The position numbers and the translations under genes are program-made. DNA of 64,000 bases from Candidatus Heimdallarchaeum endolithica (GTDB lineage Archaea; Asgardarchaeota; Heimdallarchaeia; Heimdallarchaeales; Heimdallarchaeaceae): positions 1,920,001-1,984,000 of the forward strand of contig CP084167.1 of the NCBI GenBank assembly GCA_021513715.1, in the 5' to 3' direction. The notes under the pieces were generated by a model. That model was not told the origin of the DNA. It ran no database searches and worked only from the letters and a program-made list of their open reading frames with translations. Below, in pieces: positions 49,214 to 58,787 of this stretch (its first letter is position 1; every line of letters starts with the position of its first letter).

Positions 49214-50338
49214 TTAAGTATCCAATAATTTTTTGAAATTTTTTAATAAACCATGTTTCTTTGCTAAAGTCTTTTTTAGCAAATCGATTCCTGTAATAAC
49301 TGTGGGGTCAATTTCATTTAGAAATGCTAAATATAAGCTAATATAATCAATAACATAAGTTAAAGTTAGTTGATGAGCAATTTTTGATTTCCCAAGCGCA
49401 TAAAGTTCAACAATTTTTTCTGTTTTTTTAGACATTATTCTTTTAGTAACTTCCACCCTTGTCTTTATCTCAGGTTGCTCATTTGGTAATCTTAATAGAA
49501 CCACAGAAATGTGGTTCATCACTTTCAAACTATCCCAAATAACAATACCATTATGGTTACTTTCGGGTAGGTTCTCATAACATGAAAGAAGTTTACTATT
49601 CTCGTTCAGTTGGCATTTAGCTCTATAGGAAACAGAAGAACAGTAAGAATTACTAATGAAAATGGGGGTTGAATTATAAAGAAATAAAGAAAATTTCTTA
49701 GCTTGATTTTGACTACTAGATACTTCAGGAGATAATTGTTCAGATAGATCTTTTAACAAAACTACTGATTCATCTAAAGCTTCATCAATATTTTTTATTG
49801 AAAAAACTTTTTCTAACACTTTTAATAATGAAACATAAATTAGAGGAAATGCAGTTCTTGGAGGTTGCCCTTTCCTTAATATCACACAAGGGATTCCAAT
49901 TTTCGATGAATATTCGCCTAAGATCCCACCAGAGGATATTGTAACAATCATTGACTTTTTTTCCAAAGCTTGATAGAAACAAGAAATTGTTTCTTCTGTG
50001 TTTCCAGAGTAACTAATACATATGACAAGTGTTTTTTCATCAACAAACTTAGGAAGTGAGTAATTTTTGTTTACGATGATAGGGATGTTGATTTCGTCCA
50101 TAAATAAATCAGAGATATAATCTGCTACAATAGCAGAACCACCCATTCCACAAATCAGGATTTTTTCTGGTTTTTTATAATAAACAACTTGATTTTTCCA
50201 TGAATATTTTTCAGGAATAGAGAAATCTTGTATTTTCTTTCTTAATTCTGTTATTGTAGAAGCCCAAGTGGATATCAACATTAGTTGATCAGATTTATCT
50301 AATTTTCTTAGTACGTTTATATCATCTAAGTCAATCAT
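49214..50338 (-). CDS. Bifunctional phosphoglucose/phosphomannose isomerase (SIS)
   Basis: CGMGGS, SYSGNTEET, PPRTA, R.KCQLNENSK, PESNHN, C-terminal I..LK. Confidence 0.92.
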   Translation of the reverse strand: MIDLDDINVLRKLDKSDQLMLISTWASTITELRKKIQDFSIPEKYSWKNQVVYYKKPEKILICGMGGSAIVADYISDLFMDEINIPIIVNKNYSLPKFVDEKTLVICISYSGNTEETISCFYQALEKKSMIVTISSGGILGEYSSKIGIPCVILRKGQPPRTAFPLIYVSLLKVLEKVFSIKNIDEALDESVVLLKDLSEQLSPEVSSSQNQAKKFSLFLYNSTPIFISNSYCSSVSYRAKCQLNENSKLLSCYENLPESNHNGIVIWDSLKVMNHISVVLLRLPNEQPEIKTRVEVTKRIMSKKTEKIVELYALGKSKIAHQLTLTYVIDYISLYLAFLNEIDPTVITGIDLLKKTLAKKHGLLKNFKKLLDT

Positions 50339-50456
50339 TAAAATAGATAGGATATTGATTATTTTAAATACCTTTCTTTATCATTTCACATAAAGATAAA
50401 TCCGCAACTTCACTTCAAACAACAGTTTTTTAAATAAATTTTGTTTATGCTCAAAT

Positions 50457-50642
50457 ATGTCTAAAGTTCCATATCCTAAAACAAAATACTACAAAGTTAA
50501 GTGTGCATCATGTAATAATGAACAAATTGTGTTTGATTCTGTAAAATCGACTGTAAAGTGTAATGTTTGTGACGAGATTCTTGCTGAACCAAAAGGTGGT
50601 AAAGCACAAATTCTTGGTGAGATTATAGAACAATATTCTTAG
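50457..50642 (+). CDS. rps27e: Ribosomal protein eS27
   Basis: VKCASCNNEQIVF..VKCNVC..LAEPKGGKA. Confidence 0.96.
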   Translation: MSKVPYPKTKYYKVKCASCNNEQIVFDSVKSTVKCNVCDEILAEPKGGKAQILGEIIEQYS

Positions 50643-50738
50643 ACTAAGAACCTCAAACCAGAACTTTCATTTTTATCTATGTAAATGAAACTAGTCTATT
50701 TTATCAAGAAAAGAAGGATTATTTAATTCTGAACAACA

Positions 50739-51356
50739 CTAAATTTCTACTTTTTCAGCGATATCATGAGCTATAAAACCATTAGCATTTTCTTTTGGTA
50801 ACTTACAGATATCCTCTTTTTTAAATGGACCATAAATTGATCCATCAACACCCACAATTTCATTTTTTACTTCTTTCGAAAATCTTACAACAATATACTC
50901 AATATTTGTTTCTTCTCTTGCGTTTACTTCTTTAACAACTTCGTCTTCAGGTTCATAAAAAGTGAATTCTTGAAAAATCAGTGCTTCACTAGGTCGCTCT
51001 AAACTTCTAACAAAGAATTTGTGCAGTTTCTGAAAGTTGGAATAAAAAGCATATTCTTCTTGGGCCAAGTTTACTTCAATCTTTTTGCCCTCAATAACTG
51101 CATTGACAATTTTTTTCGTCCTTATTTCAATAAGATCTCTTAAAACATAATTCAATCGATTAAATCGGGTATTTAATATTTTTTTTATGACTGGGTCAGA
51201 TTCTTTTTCAATAATTTCTGAAAATTTATTCTTTAAAATTTTGATATCAGAGAAGAAACTAGGCTTAATAGGAGTAATTTTCTTACTACTTTCTCTCTCC
51301 GTATGCCATACAGAATATAAATCGTCAATATATTGAAATTTAATTCTTGAAGACAT
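50739..51356 (-). CDS. GINS complex subunit (Gins51/Gins15 type)
   Basis: Helical A domain (IR.KKI, LAQEE); B domain VRF..IVGVDG..YGPFKKED..LP..NA; downstream of PCNA. Confidence 0.88.
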   Translation of the reverse strand: MSSRIKFQYIDDLYSVWHTERESSKKITPIKPSFFSDIKILKNKFSEIIEKESDPVIKKILNTRFNRLNYVLRDLIEIRTKKIVNAVIEGKKIEVNLAQEEYAFYSNFQKLHKFFVRSLERPSEALIFQEFTFYEPEDEVVKEVNAREETNIEYIVVRFSKEVKNEIVGVDGSIYGPFKKEDICKLPKENANGFIAHDIAEKVEI

Positions 51357-51399
51357 TTTTAATTTCCAATTAGTTATATTTTCCCTCCCTCAATTATAA

Positions 51400-52215
51400 T
51401 TAGTAATCTTCGTCATCATATTCATAATCGTCTTCTTTTGCCACACTTTCAATTCTAGGGGCAAGCATATAATGCAAATAGCCTTTGTTTTCTAAATTGT
51501 ATTCCAAAATGATAGGCTTATTCGTTGCAAAACCAATAGTTAGTGTTTCAGAGGATCTAATACCCTTCATGAAATTATTTAAAAATTCAAGAGAGTAGGA
51601 AGATTCAGACTCTTCGATAATTTCAAAAGACTCTGCTTCTATTTCTTCACTTTCTGGCCCAACTACTGTTTCCATCTCATTAGAAAAACTTGTACAACTA
51701 AAGATTACTTTATCAGGAAGGGCATGTATTTTAAAATGATCACTTATCATCATCGAATCTTTCAACACTTGTTGAAAGAATGAAGCATCAATATTAAATT
51801 GCGCTGTTCTTAATATGTTCACTCTGTCAGGGGGTGGATTATCATCTTTAATATCAATCATTTTCAATGTAAAACTTCTTTCTCTGTTTTTTGCTTTAAA
51901 CACGATACGCAAGCGCTGTTCTTTTTCATCAAAATTCAAATTTAAAACTTCGTCCTTTTTTGCTGTTTTTATCATATTATTTAATGTCTCTAAGTTTAAA
52001 CCTAAAGAAAAAGTCTTGTCAACTTTAAATTCCTGGAAAGCTTCTTTTTTTAAAACAAAATCAAACATTGATATTCGTGTTGGATCAAAAGTTTTAATTT
52101 GAATATTATCGGTGTTGATGCTTAAAAAACATTCAGAAACAATTGAACTAATAATTGAAATATTACTAGCTAAAATTTTTGAATTTTCGTTATCAAGTTG
52201 TAATTCGAAACTCAT
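51400..52215 (-). CDS. pcn: PCNA sliding clamp
   Basis: DPTRISM, GLNL, YSLEFL, PI...Y, YMLAPRIE; acidic tail. Confidence 0.92.
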   Translation of the reverse strand: MSFELQLDNENSKILASNISIISSIVSECFLSINTDNIQIKTFDPTRISMFDFVLKKEAFQEFKVDKTFSLGLNLETLNNMIKTAKKDEVLNLNFDEKEQRLRIVFKAKNRERSFTLKMIDIKDDNPPPDRVNILRTAQFNIDASFFQQVLKDSMMISDHFKIHALPDKVIFSCTSFSNEMETVVGPESEEIEAESFEIIEESESSYSLEFLNNFMKGIRSSETLTIGFATNKPIILEYNLENKGYLHYMLAPRIESVAKEDDYEYDDEDY

Positions 52216-52303
52216 TGTATTTCCCTTAATTCAATTTATTACTATCTTCAGTCTATATGTAAAAAAACATTTAGCTATTTAAGGGAATCGTCGGTAGTTT
52301 ATT

Positions 52304-53065
52304 GGTAGTGTCTAGTTTTTATACCACCTCCTAGGCAAAAAGGAACTAAGGGGAGGATGTCCCAAGCTCTGATGAGGACGAACGAAATTATAATAGAGTA
52401 TAAAGAGTGTAAGGAAACCAGAAAGATGGGTAGAGCCATAGACGGCACGGATAGAACATGTGCATTGGAGAATAGAATGAAACCAACGATAGCTCTTAAG
52501 TGTGGCATTAAAACGTTCAATATAGGAGCGTAAACCACCATTGATAAAAGAGATTTTGATACCGAGACGAAGTAATACAGGATACCATACCCCTGCATCT
52601 GTAACGACAATACGAGGCTTAGAACCCCAACATTTGAACCAATAACGGAAAGTTAGTAAACATTCAAAATTACTCCGTCCTTTAGTAATACTAAAACCCA
52701 GTAAAGTCTTATTGTAAGGATCTAACGCGAACCACATATACATTGAGCCTTGAGAGGTCTTAATCTCTGTTTCATCAACTACTATAATCTCTGGTATTCC
52801 CCCTCTCTCTGCTACAACTCTATGTAAACTTTCCCTAAAGAGCCTGAACTTCTTTACCCAATACCATAGTGCCTGGTGTGTTAAACCATTCTTCCATCCT
52901 ACTGTCCTCAACCCATTCTTTGAACCAATATATTCATAAATAGCTCTTATGATTATCTTTTTGGGGACTCTGCTCCCTTTAAAAAGGGAGTATATTCTTA
53001 GTTTGTTCATATTTTCACATTAGAATCTCCAATAATATTTTTGTCGGGAGAAACTAGACACCACC
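52304..53065 (-). mobile_element. IS6-family insertion sequence (762 bp)
   Basis: Inverted repeats GGTAGTGTCTAGTTT / AAACTAGACACCACC (14/15); 10-bp direct repeat GTAGTTTATT at 52294-52303 and 53066-53075. Confidence 0.9.
52312..53010 (-). CDS. IS6/IS240-type DDE transposase
   Basis: WYWV, VDET.IK, W.A.D, VTD, IERF..LK, YYNFVRPHQSL; stop codon inside the terminal repeat. Confidence 0.88.
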   Translation of the reverse strand: MNKLRIYSLFKGSRVPKKIIIRAIYEYIGSKNGLRTVGWKNGLTHQALWYWVKKFRLFRESLHRVVAERGGIPEIIVVDETEIKTSQGSMYMWFALDPYNKTLLGFSITKGRSNFECLLTFRYWFKCWGSKPRIVVTDAGVWYPVLLRLGIKISFINGGLRSYIERFNATLKSYRWFHSILQCTCSIRAVYGSTHLSGFLTLFILYYNFVRPHQSLGHPPLSSFLPRRWYKN

Positions 53066-53181
53066 GTAGTTTATTTAACAAAGAAGGTTAAAAATCAGAT
53101 ATTTATGCTCAATGTCTCTTTTTTTCTTTGGGTTTCTTATCTATTAAAAGAGTAAAGGAATTACCAAAAAAAGTGATAACA

Positions 53182-53247
53182 ATGTTTGACCCAGTAGAAG
53201 ACATGCCAGAAGATGCAGATTGCATCCCTCCTTTATACTTTCCTTAA
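53182..53247 (+). CDS. Candidate 21-aa micropeptide MFDPVEDMPEDADCIPPLYFP
   Basis: GTGA SD-like motif just before the ATG; richer in GC than flanks; T-tract follows the stop. Confidence 0.4.
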   Translation: MFDPVEDMPEDADCIPPLYFP

Positions 53248-53258
53248 GTAGAAAGGAA

Positions 53259-53281
53259 TTCTTTCTTTTTTTTTTATTTTC
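53259..53281 (+). terminator. Probable oligo-T terminator after the micropeptide ORF
   Basis: Long T tract starting about 12 nt after the TAA. Confidence 0.45.
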
Positions 53282-53319
53282 ATTAAAAGGTTGGTAAAAT
53301 AGAAGAAAAAAGAGTTAAT

Positions 53320-54774
53320 TTAGATGTCAGTCCGATTATAGTCAATAGTAGTATCCCGAAATCTAGGATGAAACTTTTTAATTACTTCAACTGGAATTCG
53401 TTTAAGTACACGTTCTGGGTCATCAAAAATAGATAATAACTCCCAACCTATATCTAAGCTTTCAAAAATTGTTCTATCTTCATGATAGTCTTGATTAATA
53501 AATTTCTCTTCAAATAGATCTGCAAATTGTAAAGTTTTTCGATCTAAATCTGAGAGACTTTCTGAACCAACAACTGCAACAAGGTCTCTTAAATCTCTAC
53601 CGTCTGCATATAAAGCATATAATTGGTCAGCCACATATTTATGATCACTACGAGTAGAATTAATACCAATACATTCCTTCATAAGACGACTTAGACTGGG
53701 TAAAGGATTAATAGGAGGATATAAACCTTTGCGGTTCAAACCTACATCAATGTAAATTTGTCCTTCAGTAATATAACCTGTTAAATCAGGAACAGGGTGA
53801 GTAATATCAAAATTAGGCATTGTTAAAATAGGTATTTGTGTAATAGACCCTTTTTTTCCACGTATTTTTCCTGCTCTTTCATATATTGTAGCAAAATCGC
53901 TGTATAAATATCCTGGATAACCTCTTCTTCCAGGAACTTCATTTCTTGCTGCACCAATCTCTCTCAGTGCTTCAGCATATGTTGTCATATCTGTTAAGAT
54001 TACTAAAACTTGATATCCTTTCTCAAAAGCCAAATATTCTGCTGCAGTTAACGCAATTCTAGGAGTTAGCAACCTTTCTACTGCTGGATCATCTGCTAGG
54101 TTTAAGAACAATACAGTTCTTTCTAATGCACCAGTTGATTCAAAATCATCTCTAAAAAACCTTGCTTCATCAGCTGTCAATCCCATAGCACAAAAAACAA
54201 CAGCAAAATCTTCTTCTTCACCTAACACTTTAGCTTGTCTTGCAATTTGAGCAGCGATTCTATTATGAGGTAAACCACTTCCTGAAAAGAGAGGTAATTT
54301 TTGTCCTCTCACCAATGTCAATAATGTATCAATAGTAGAGATTCCTGTTTGAATAAATTCTTTTGGATATTCTCTAGCAGACGGATTAATGGGTGCACCA
54401 TTTATATCCAGTATTTTTTCCATAGCAACTGGTCCTCCACCATCAATTGTTATTCCTCTTCCACTAAAAACTCTTCCCAAGATTTCGTGGCTTACTCCAA
54501 ACTCCATCGTTCGACCTAAAAATCGTACTCTAGTTTTATCAGTCTCCAAACCCCGGGTTCCTTCAAAAACTTGAACTACAGCAAGATTTTGAGAAACTTC
54601 AAGAACTTGTCCATTTCTTTTTTCCCCATCAACTGTTTCAATCTCAACGATTTCACCGTAGGAAACTCCACCTTTATTTCTTAAGTCAACAAACAGTAGA
54701 GGACCACTAACTTGTTGTACAGTTTGAAATTCTCTATAATTTAATTGTAATTTTTCATCCATTTTCTTCACCAA
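53320..54774 (-). CDS. atpB: A/V-type ATP synthase subunit B
   Basis: [56 protein letters not shown]. Confidence 0.96.
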   Translation of the reverse strand: MVKKMDEKLQLNYREFQTVQQVSGPLLFVDLRNKGGVSYGEIVEIETVDGEKRNGQVLEVSQNLAVVQVFEGTRGLETDKTRVRFLGRTMEFGVSHEILGRVFSGRGITIDGGGPVAMEKILDINGAPINPSAREYPKEFIQTGISTIDTLLTLVRGQKLPLFSGSGLPHNRIAAQIARQAKVLGEEEDFAVVFCAMGLTADEARFFRDDFESTGALERTVLFLNLADDPAVERLLTPRIALTAAEYLAFEKGYQVLVILTDMTTYAEALREIGAARNEVPGRRGYPGYLYSDFATIYERAGKIRGKKGSITQIPILTMPNFDITHPVPDLTGYITEGQIYIDVGLNRKGLYPPINPLPSLSRLMKECIGINSTRSDHKYVADQLYALYADGRDLRDLVAVVGSESLSDLDRKTLQFADLFEEKFINQDYHEDRTIFESLDIGWELLSIFDDPERVLKRIPVEVIKKFHPRFRDTTIDYNRTDI

Positions 54775-54776
54775 AT

Positions 54777-57700
54777 TTAACTCAAATCTTCTACACCTAC
54801 ATCTGTATGGCTGATACCATCAATTTCAGCGATAAGAGCATTAATTTCTTCTTCTACATCTTCTTGTACGATATACTTCATTCTTGCGATTTTAACCACA
54901 ATATCGTGTTCGAATATATTCTTCACTTCTGCACCCCTTTGATACAAATCATTTGCTTTATGATAGAAACTCAATATTGCCTTTAACATAAGATATTGTT
55001 TTTGCATACTACAGAACGAATCTACCTCGTGAAAAGCATTCTGTTGTAGAAAAGATTCTTTAATCATTCTAGCAATTTCTAAAACAATTTTCTCTTTAGG
55101 AGGTAGTGCATCAGGGCCAACAAGAGAAACAATTTCAGAAAGTTCTTTATCTTTTTGTAATAAAGCCATAGCTTCTGCGCGCAATTCTGGGAATTCTGGA
55201 TCAATATTAGTTGAATACCAGTCCTGTAATGCATTCCAATACAAAGTATAACTTAAAAGATAGTCGATTGCAGGAAAATGCCTTCTTGCTGCAAGATCCT
55301 TACTTAATGCCCAAAATACTTTTACAATTCTCAAAGTATTTTGAGTAACTGGCTCACTAAAATCGCCTCCAGGAGGACTTACAGCCCCAACAACTGTGAT
55401 ACTAGCAGTTCTTGGTTCTGAGCCCAAAGTTAATACCCTACCAGCTCTTTCATAATATTGAGCAACTTTTGAAGCCAGATAAGCAGGAAAACCTTCTTCA
55501 CCAGGCATTTCTTCTAGTCTTCCAGATATTTCTCTTAATGCCTCAGCCCATCGGGAAGTTGAATCAGCCATCATTGCTACATCATAACCCATATCTCTAA
55601 AGAATTCAGCCATTGTTATTCCAGTGTAAACACTTGCTTCTCTTGCAGCTACAGGCATGTTGGAAGTGTTAGCTATTAATGTAGTTCTATCCATTAGGGG
55701 GCCACCAGTATACGGATCAACAAGTTTAGGGAACTCTCTTAAGACATCAGTCATCTCATTTCCTCTTTCACCACAACCCACATAAACAACGATCTTAGCA
55801 TCCGACCATTTAGCTAGTTGATGCTGTGATACAGTATTATGTAGGGTAAATGGTAATTTTCCTCCAACAAAGTTATGATATTCGTCTACTGTTAAATCAT
55901 AGACATCGGTTTCCTGTTCGATTATTGAAATTTCTTTTATTCTATCGAAAAATACATGTTCTACTAATTCATGAAGATAGGCTCGATTACTAAAATCATC
56001 CAAAGTGTTAGTATCAAAGTTAGAATTTGTTACATTTACCATCTGTTCTATTACGACAGAAATATTATTTGACTGAACAACTTTTCTTGCTAATTGTGTA
56101 ATATTATTAGTTTCTTGATACTGGTATAGTTGGTACATTTTTTCATGTTTAGTAGTATTATAATGAGAGAACTTTTCTATCAACTTCAGTAATTCTTTCT
56201 CTTTTATTTCTAAAACAAAGTTGTTTTGATCTTTTAGATTATAAACAATACCTAATCGTGTTAGGAGATAGGAAAATTCTGATAATTGGAATTTGTTTTT
56301 ATGGTAGATTTGAAGAGTAGTATCATTGAACGATGCATTTATTGCAAAGTAACCATTTAGATAATGAACCAACAGCTCATCGGATGATTGCATCAAGAGT
56401 TTTGGAACACAAACATCAGAATCTGTCAAACTGCTTTTAAGTCCAAGATATTGAAGGAATTTAACAACTACAGAACTTGAAAAATGTACAAAATTTTCCC
56501 CTATTGTGCTATCATAATCATAGGCACAAAATAGTCCAAATATTTGCTCTGTAAGATCATTAAAACGATTCAACAAAGATTCTGAATTTGTGCTAAAGAA
56601 AATAGTTTCATCTCTAATAGTACCATTAGCTGTAAAGAGTCCTAACCATTCAGCAAGTTCACTAGTCATATAAGCAGGTAAATTCACAACTGAAGAATTA
56701 GTTTCTTCACGTAATACAGAAACATTGATCTCTGGTTCTCCAGCTAATTTAGTTAGTTTACGCAAAAATGCTAAGGTAGGCTCTTTTTCTTTGTTTAGAT
56801 ATTTCGTTAAAATGTTGAATGAAAGATTAGTTTTTTGAGCAATTTCTTCCAAGGACATTACTTCACTTAGCTTATTGATAATTTCTTCCATCCTCATTAA
56901 AGCTTGTGCGTCAGCAACTCTAAGTGATAGATCGATATCATAGACACTAATAGGGTTTTGTTGTCCTTTAATTTGAAGATGGCGAGGAACAATAAGCAAA
57001 TCACCAGGTTGTAAATACTGTGATTCTACCTCTTCTATTTTACGTCCATTGAACCTAAAAAGTTTATGAACAGGTGTAACTGTAACTTCTCTTCCACTAT
57101 TTGTTTTTACACTTATCAGCCTTGAAGTTTTTCCACGATAAATGTAACTTGCTTTTTGCTCAACATATGATTCTCCATTAAAACTTAGTATAGAAAGATC
57201 ACCAGTAATTTTTATCAGAGTTTCATTTTCATCATCTAATTCAATCAATCCATCGTTTTGAATAAAACTTTTATAAAGATCCTTTATTTCTACCAAACTT
57301 CCATCGCTTAGGAATACTGGAGTGGAACCAATAACGCATTTCCCAGTACCAAAACCCCCAGGAATTGCTCCAGTTCCTCCTTTTGCAATAGGGGCAAAAG
57401 TATCAAATATTCTTTGCCCAGTTATAAGAGGAACATTACTTGGTAAACGTTTATATATTGGCCTAGGAGTTCGGACAGGCCATTTATGGAAAAATTGTAA
57501 ATTTATTTTTTCTCCACTAGCTGTTAACACTGTTGCTGCAGTTTCATCTATGGTATAATCTCCTGCAGGAGCAATGTATTCTAGCGTTCCCTTTATGTAA
57601 GGAGGTACTAACAGCTTAAAATCAACTGTTGGCGTTTCAGGAATAGTTCCTAATATATCTCCGCCTACCACCTTATCTCCTTTCTTAAGTATTGGACGAA

Positions 57701-58064
57701 AATCCCACAACTTTTTATGATCTAATCCAGGAACATCAATTCCTCGAGATATATTATCCCCTGTCAATTTTTGTATTTCTGGAAGAGGACGTTGAATCCC
57801 ATCATATATTTGACGAAGTAAACCAGGTCCTAGCTCAACTGAAAGAGGACTGTTTGTGGGATACACAGGTTCTCCTGGTGTTAAACCGTCAGTGCTTTCA
57901 TAAACTTGAATTGTAGCTACGTTACCCTCTAGCCTAATTATTTCTCCAACTAGTCGTTCATCCCCTACTCTTGCTACATCATAAAGTTTAGTTCCAAGCA
58001 TGTTAGATGCTTGAACTACAGGACCTGAAATTTTATTTATTACTCCAACTTTGGCATCATTCAT
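54777..58064 (-). CDS. atpA: A/V-type ATP synthase subunit A containing an intein (594 aa after splicing)
   Basis: [14 protein letters not shown]|T P-loop, [40 protein letters not shown]. Confidence 0.96.
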   Translation of the reverse strand: MNDAKVGVINKISGPVVQASNMLGTKLYDVARVGDERLVGEIIRLEGNVATIQVYESTDGLTPGEPVYPTNSPLSVELGPGLLRQIYDGIQRPLPEIQKLTGDNISRGIDVPGLDHKKLWDFRPILKKGDKVVGGDILGTIPETPTVDFKLLVPPYIKGTLEYIAPAGDYTIDETAATVLTASGEKINLQFFHKWPVRTPRPIYKRLPSNVPLITGQRIFDTFAPIAKGGTGAIPGGFGTGKCVIGSTPVFLSDGSLVEIKDLYKSFIQNDGLIELDDENETLIKITGDLSILSFNGESYVEQKASYIYRGKTSRLISVKTNSGREVTVTPVHKLFRFNGRKIEEVESQYLQPGDLLIVPRHLQIKGQQNPISVYDIDLSLRVADAQALMRMEEIINKLSEVMSLEEIAQKTNLSFNILTKYLNKEKEPTLAFLRKLTKLAGEPEINVSVLREETNSSVVNLPAYMTSELAEWLGLFTANGTIRDETIFFSTNSESLLNRFNDLTEQIFGLFCAYDYDSTIGENFVHFSSSVVVKFLQYLGLKSSLTDSDVCVPKLLMQSSDELLVHYLNGYFAINASFNDTTLQIYHKNKFQLSEFSYLLTRLGIVYNLKDQNNFVLEIKEKELLKLIEKFSHYNTTKHEKMYQLYQYQETNNITQLARKVVQSNNISVVIEQMVNVTNSNFDTNTLDDFSNRAYLHELVEHVFFDRIKEISIIEQETDVYDLTVDEYHNFVGGKLPFTLHNTVSQHQLAKWSDAKIVVYVGCGERGNEMTDVLREFPKLVDPYTGGPLMDRTTLIANTSNMPVAAREASVYTGITMAEFFRDMGYDVAMMADSTSRWAEALREISGRLEEMPGEEGFPAYLASKVAQYYERAGRVLTLGSEPRTASITVVGAVSPPGGDFSEPVTQNTLRIVKVFWALSKDLAARRHFPAIDYLLSYTLYWNALQDWYSTNIDPEFPELRAEAMALLQKDKELSEIVSLVGPDALPPKEKIVLEIARMIKESFLQQNAFHEVDSFCSMQKQYLMLKAILSFYHKANDLYQRGAEVKNIFEHDIVVKIARMKYIVQEDVEEEINALIAEIDGISHTDVGVEDLS
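55836..57338 (-). mobile_element. 501-aa intein in the AtpA P-loop with HTH and degenerate LAGLIDADG domain
   Basis: GTGK|CVIG N-junction, TPVHKL block B, VYDLTV..HNFV block F, LHN|T C-junction. Confidence 0.95.
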
Positions 58065-58163
58065 TCTCTATCTTTCTCGCTTCTGATAAACCACTGTAAA
58101 AAAAGAATTTTTTAAGTTTATCTAAGAGAACAAGAAATCATCATCCAATGTTTTTTTAAATTT

Positions 58164-58715
58164 CTATATTGTTCTGACAGAGCCACCTAATTTAGTAATA
58201 ATAAAATCTGTAATCTCTTCAATGGTCTTTTCATCATCACAATATATTGCATGCTCTTTAAGTTCTGGGAGCCATTTTTTATAGATATAAAATTTCTTGG
58301 AAGAAGATTGAGTTGAAGAATATTCCTTACATTTCTCTATGAGTGCTTTATTTTGGGAATAGGTGACACTAGCTAAAATACAGTATCTATAGGAGTGAGT
58401 AGGACCATTATCAGAATACGATACTTTAAACCCATTTTCATTCAATAAATCTTTTTTATCTTTTATACTCAAAATAGAAGATTTTTCTTTTAAACATAAC
58501 TTTTTTTCTAATTTGAGTAGTTCAATATAATCAGATTCAGTAACAGGCAATTTAAGAAATTTATATCTATATTCAAAGTAATCTATTCTTCCCTCTATAA
58601 AACTAAAAAGAGAATCAGATAATTCATTTTTATAATAACTTAACTCATTTCTCAATTCTGATAAAATAGATGGTATATCAGAATATTTCTTACAAAAATC
58701 ATTCATATCAATCAT
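58164..58715 (-). CDS. Hypothetical protein (183 aa), very AT-rich
   Basis: Uninterrupted ORF; no recognised motif. Confidence 0.6.
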   Translation of the reverse strand: MIDMNDFCKKYSDIPSILSELRNELSYYKNELSDSLFSFIEGRIDYFEYRYKFLKLPVTESDYIELLKLEKKLCLKEKSSILSIKDKKDLLNENGFKVSYSDNGPTHSYRYCILASVTYSQNKALIEKCKEYSSTQSSSKKFYIYKKWLPELKEHAIYCDDEKTIEEITDFIITKLGGSVRTI

Positions 58716-58787
58716 TTATTAATCATAAATTATAATGAAAAAATAGTATAAAAAACTAAAAAAAGATATAAAATTTATAAAATACAA

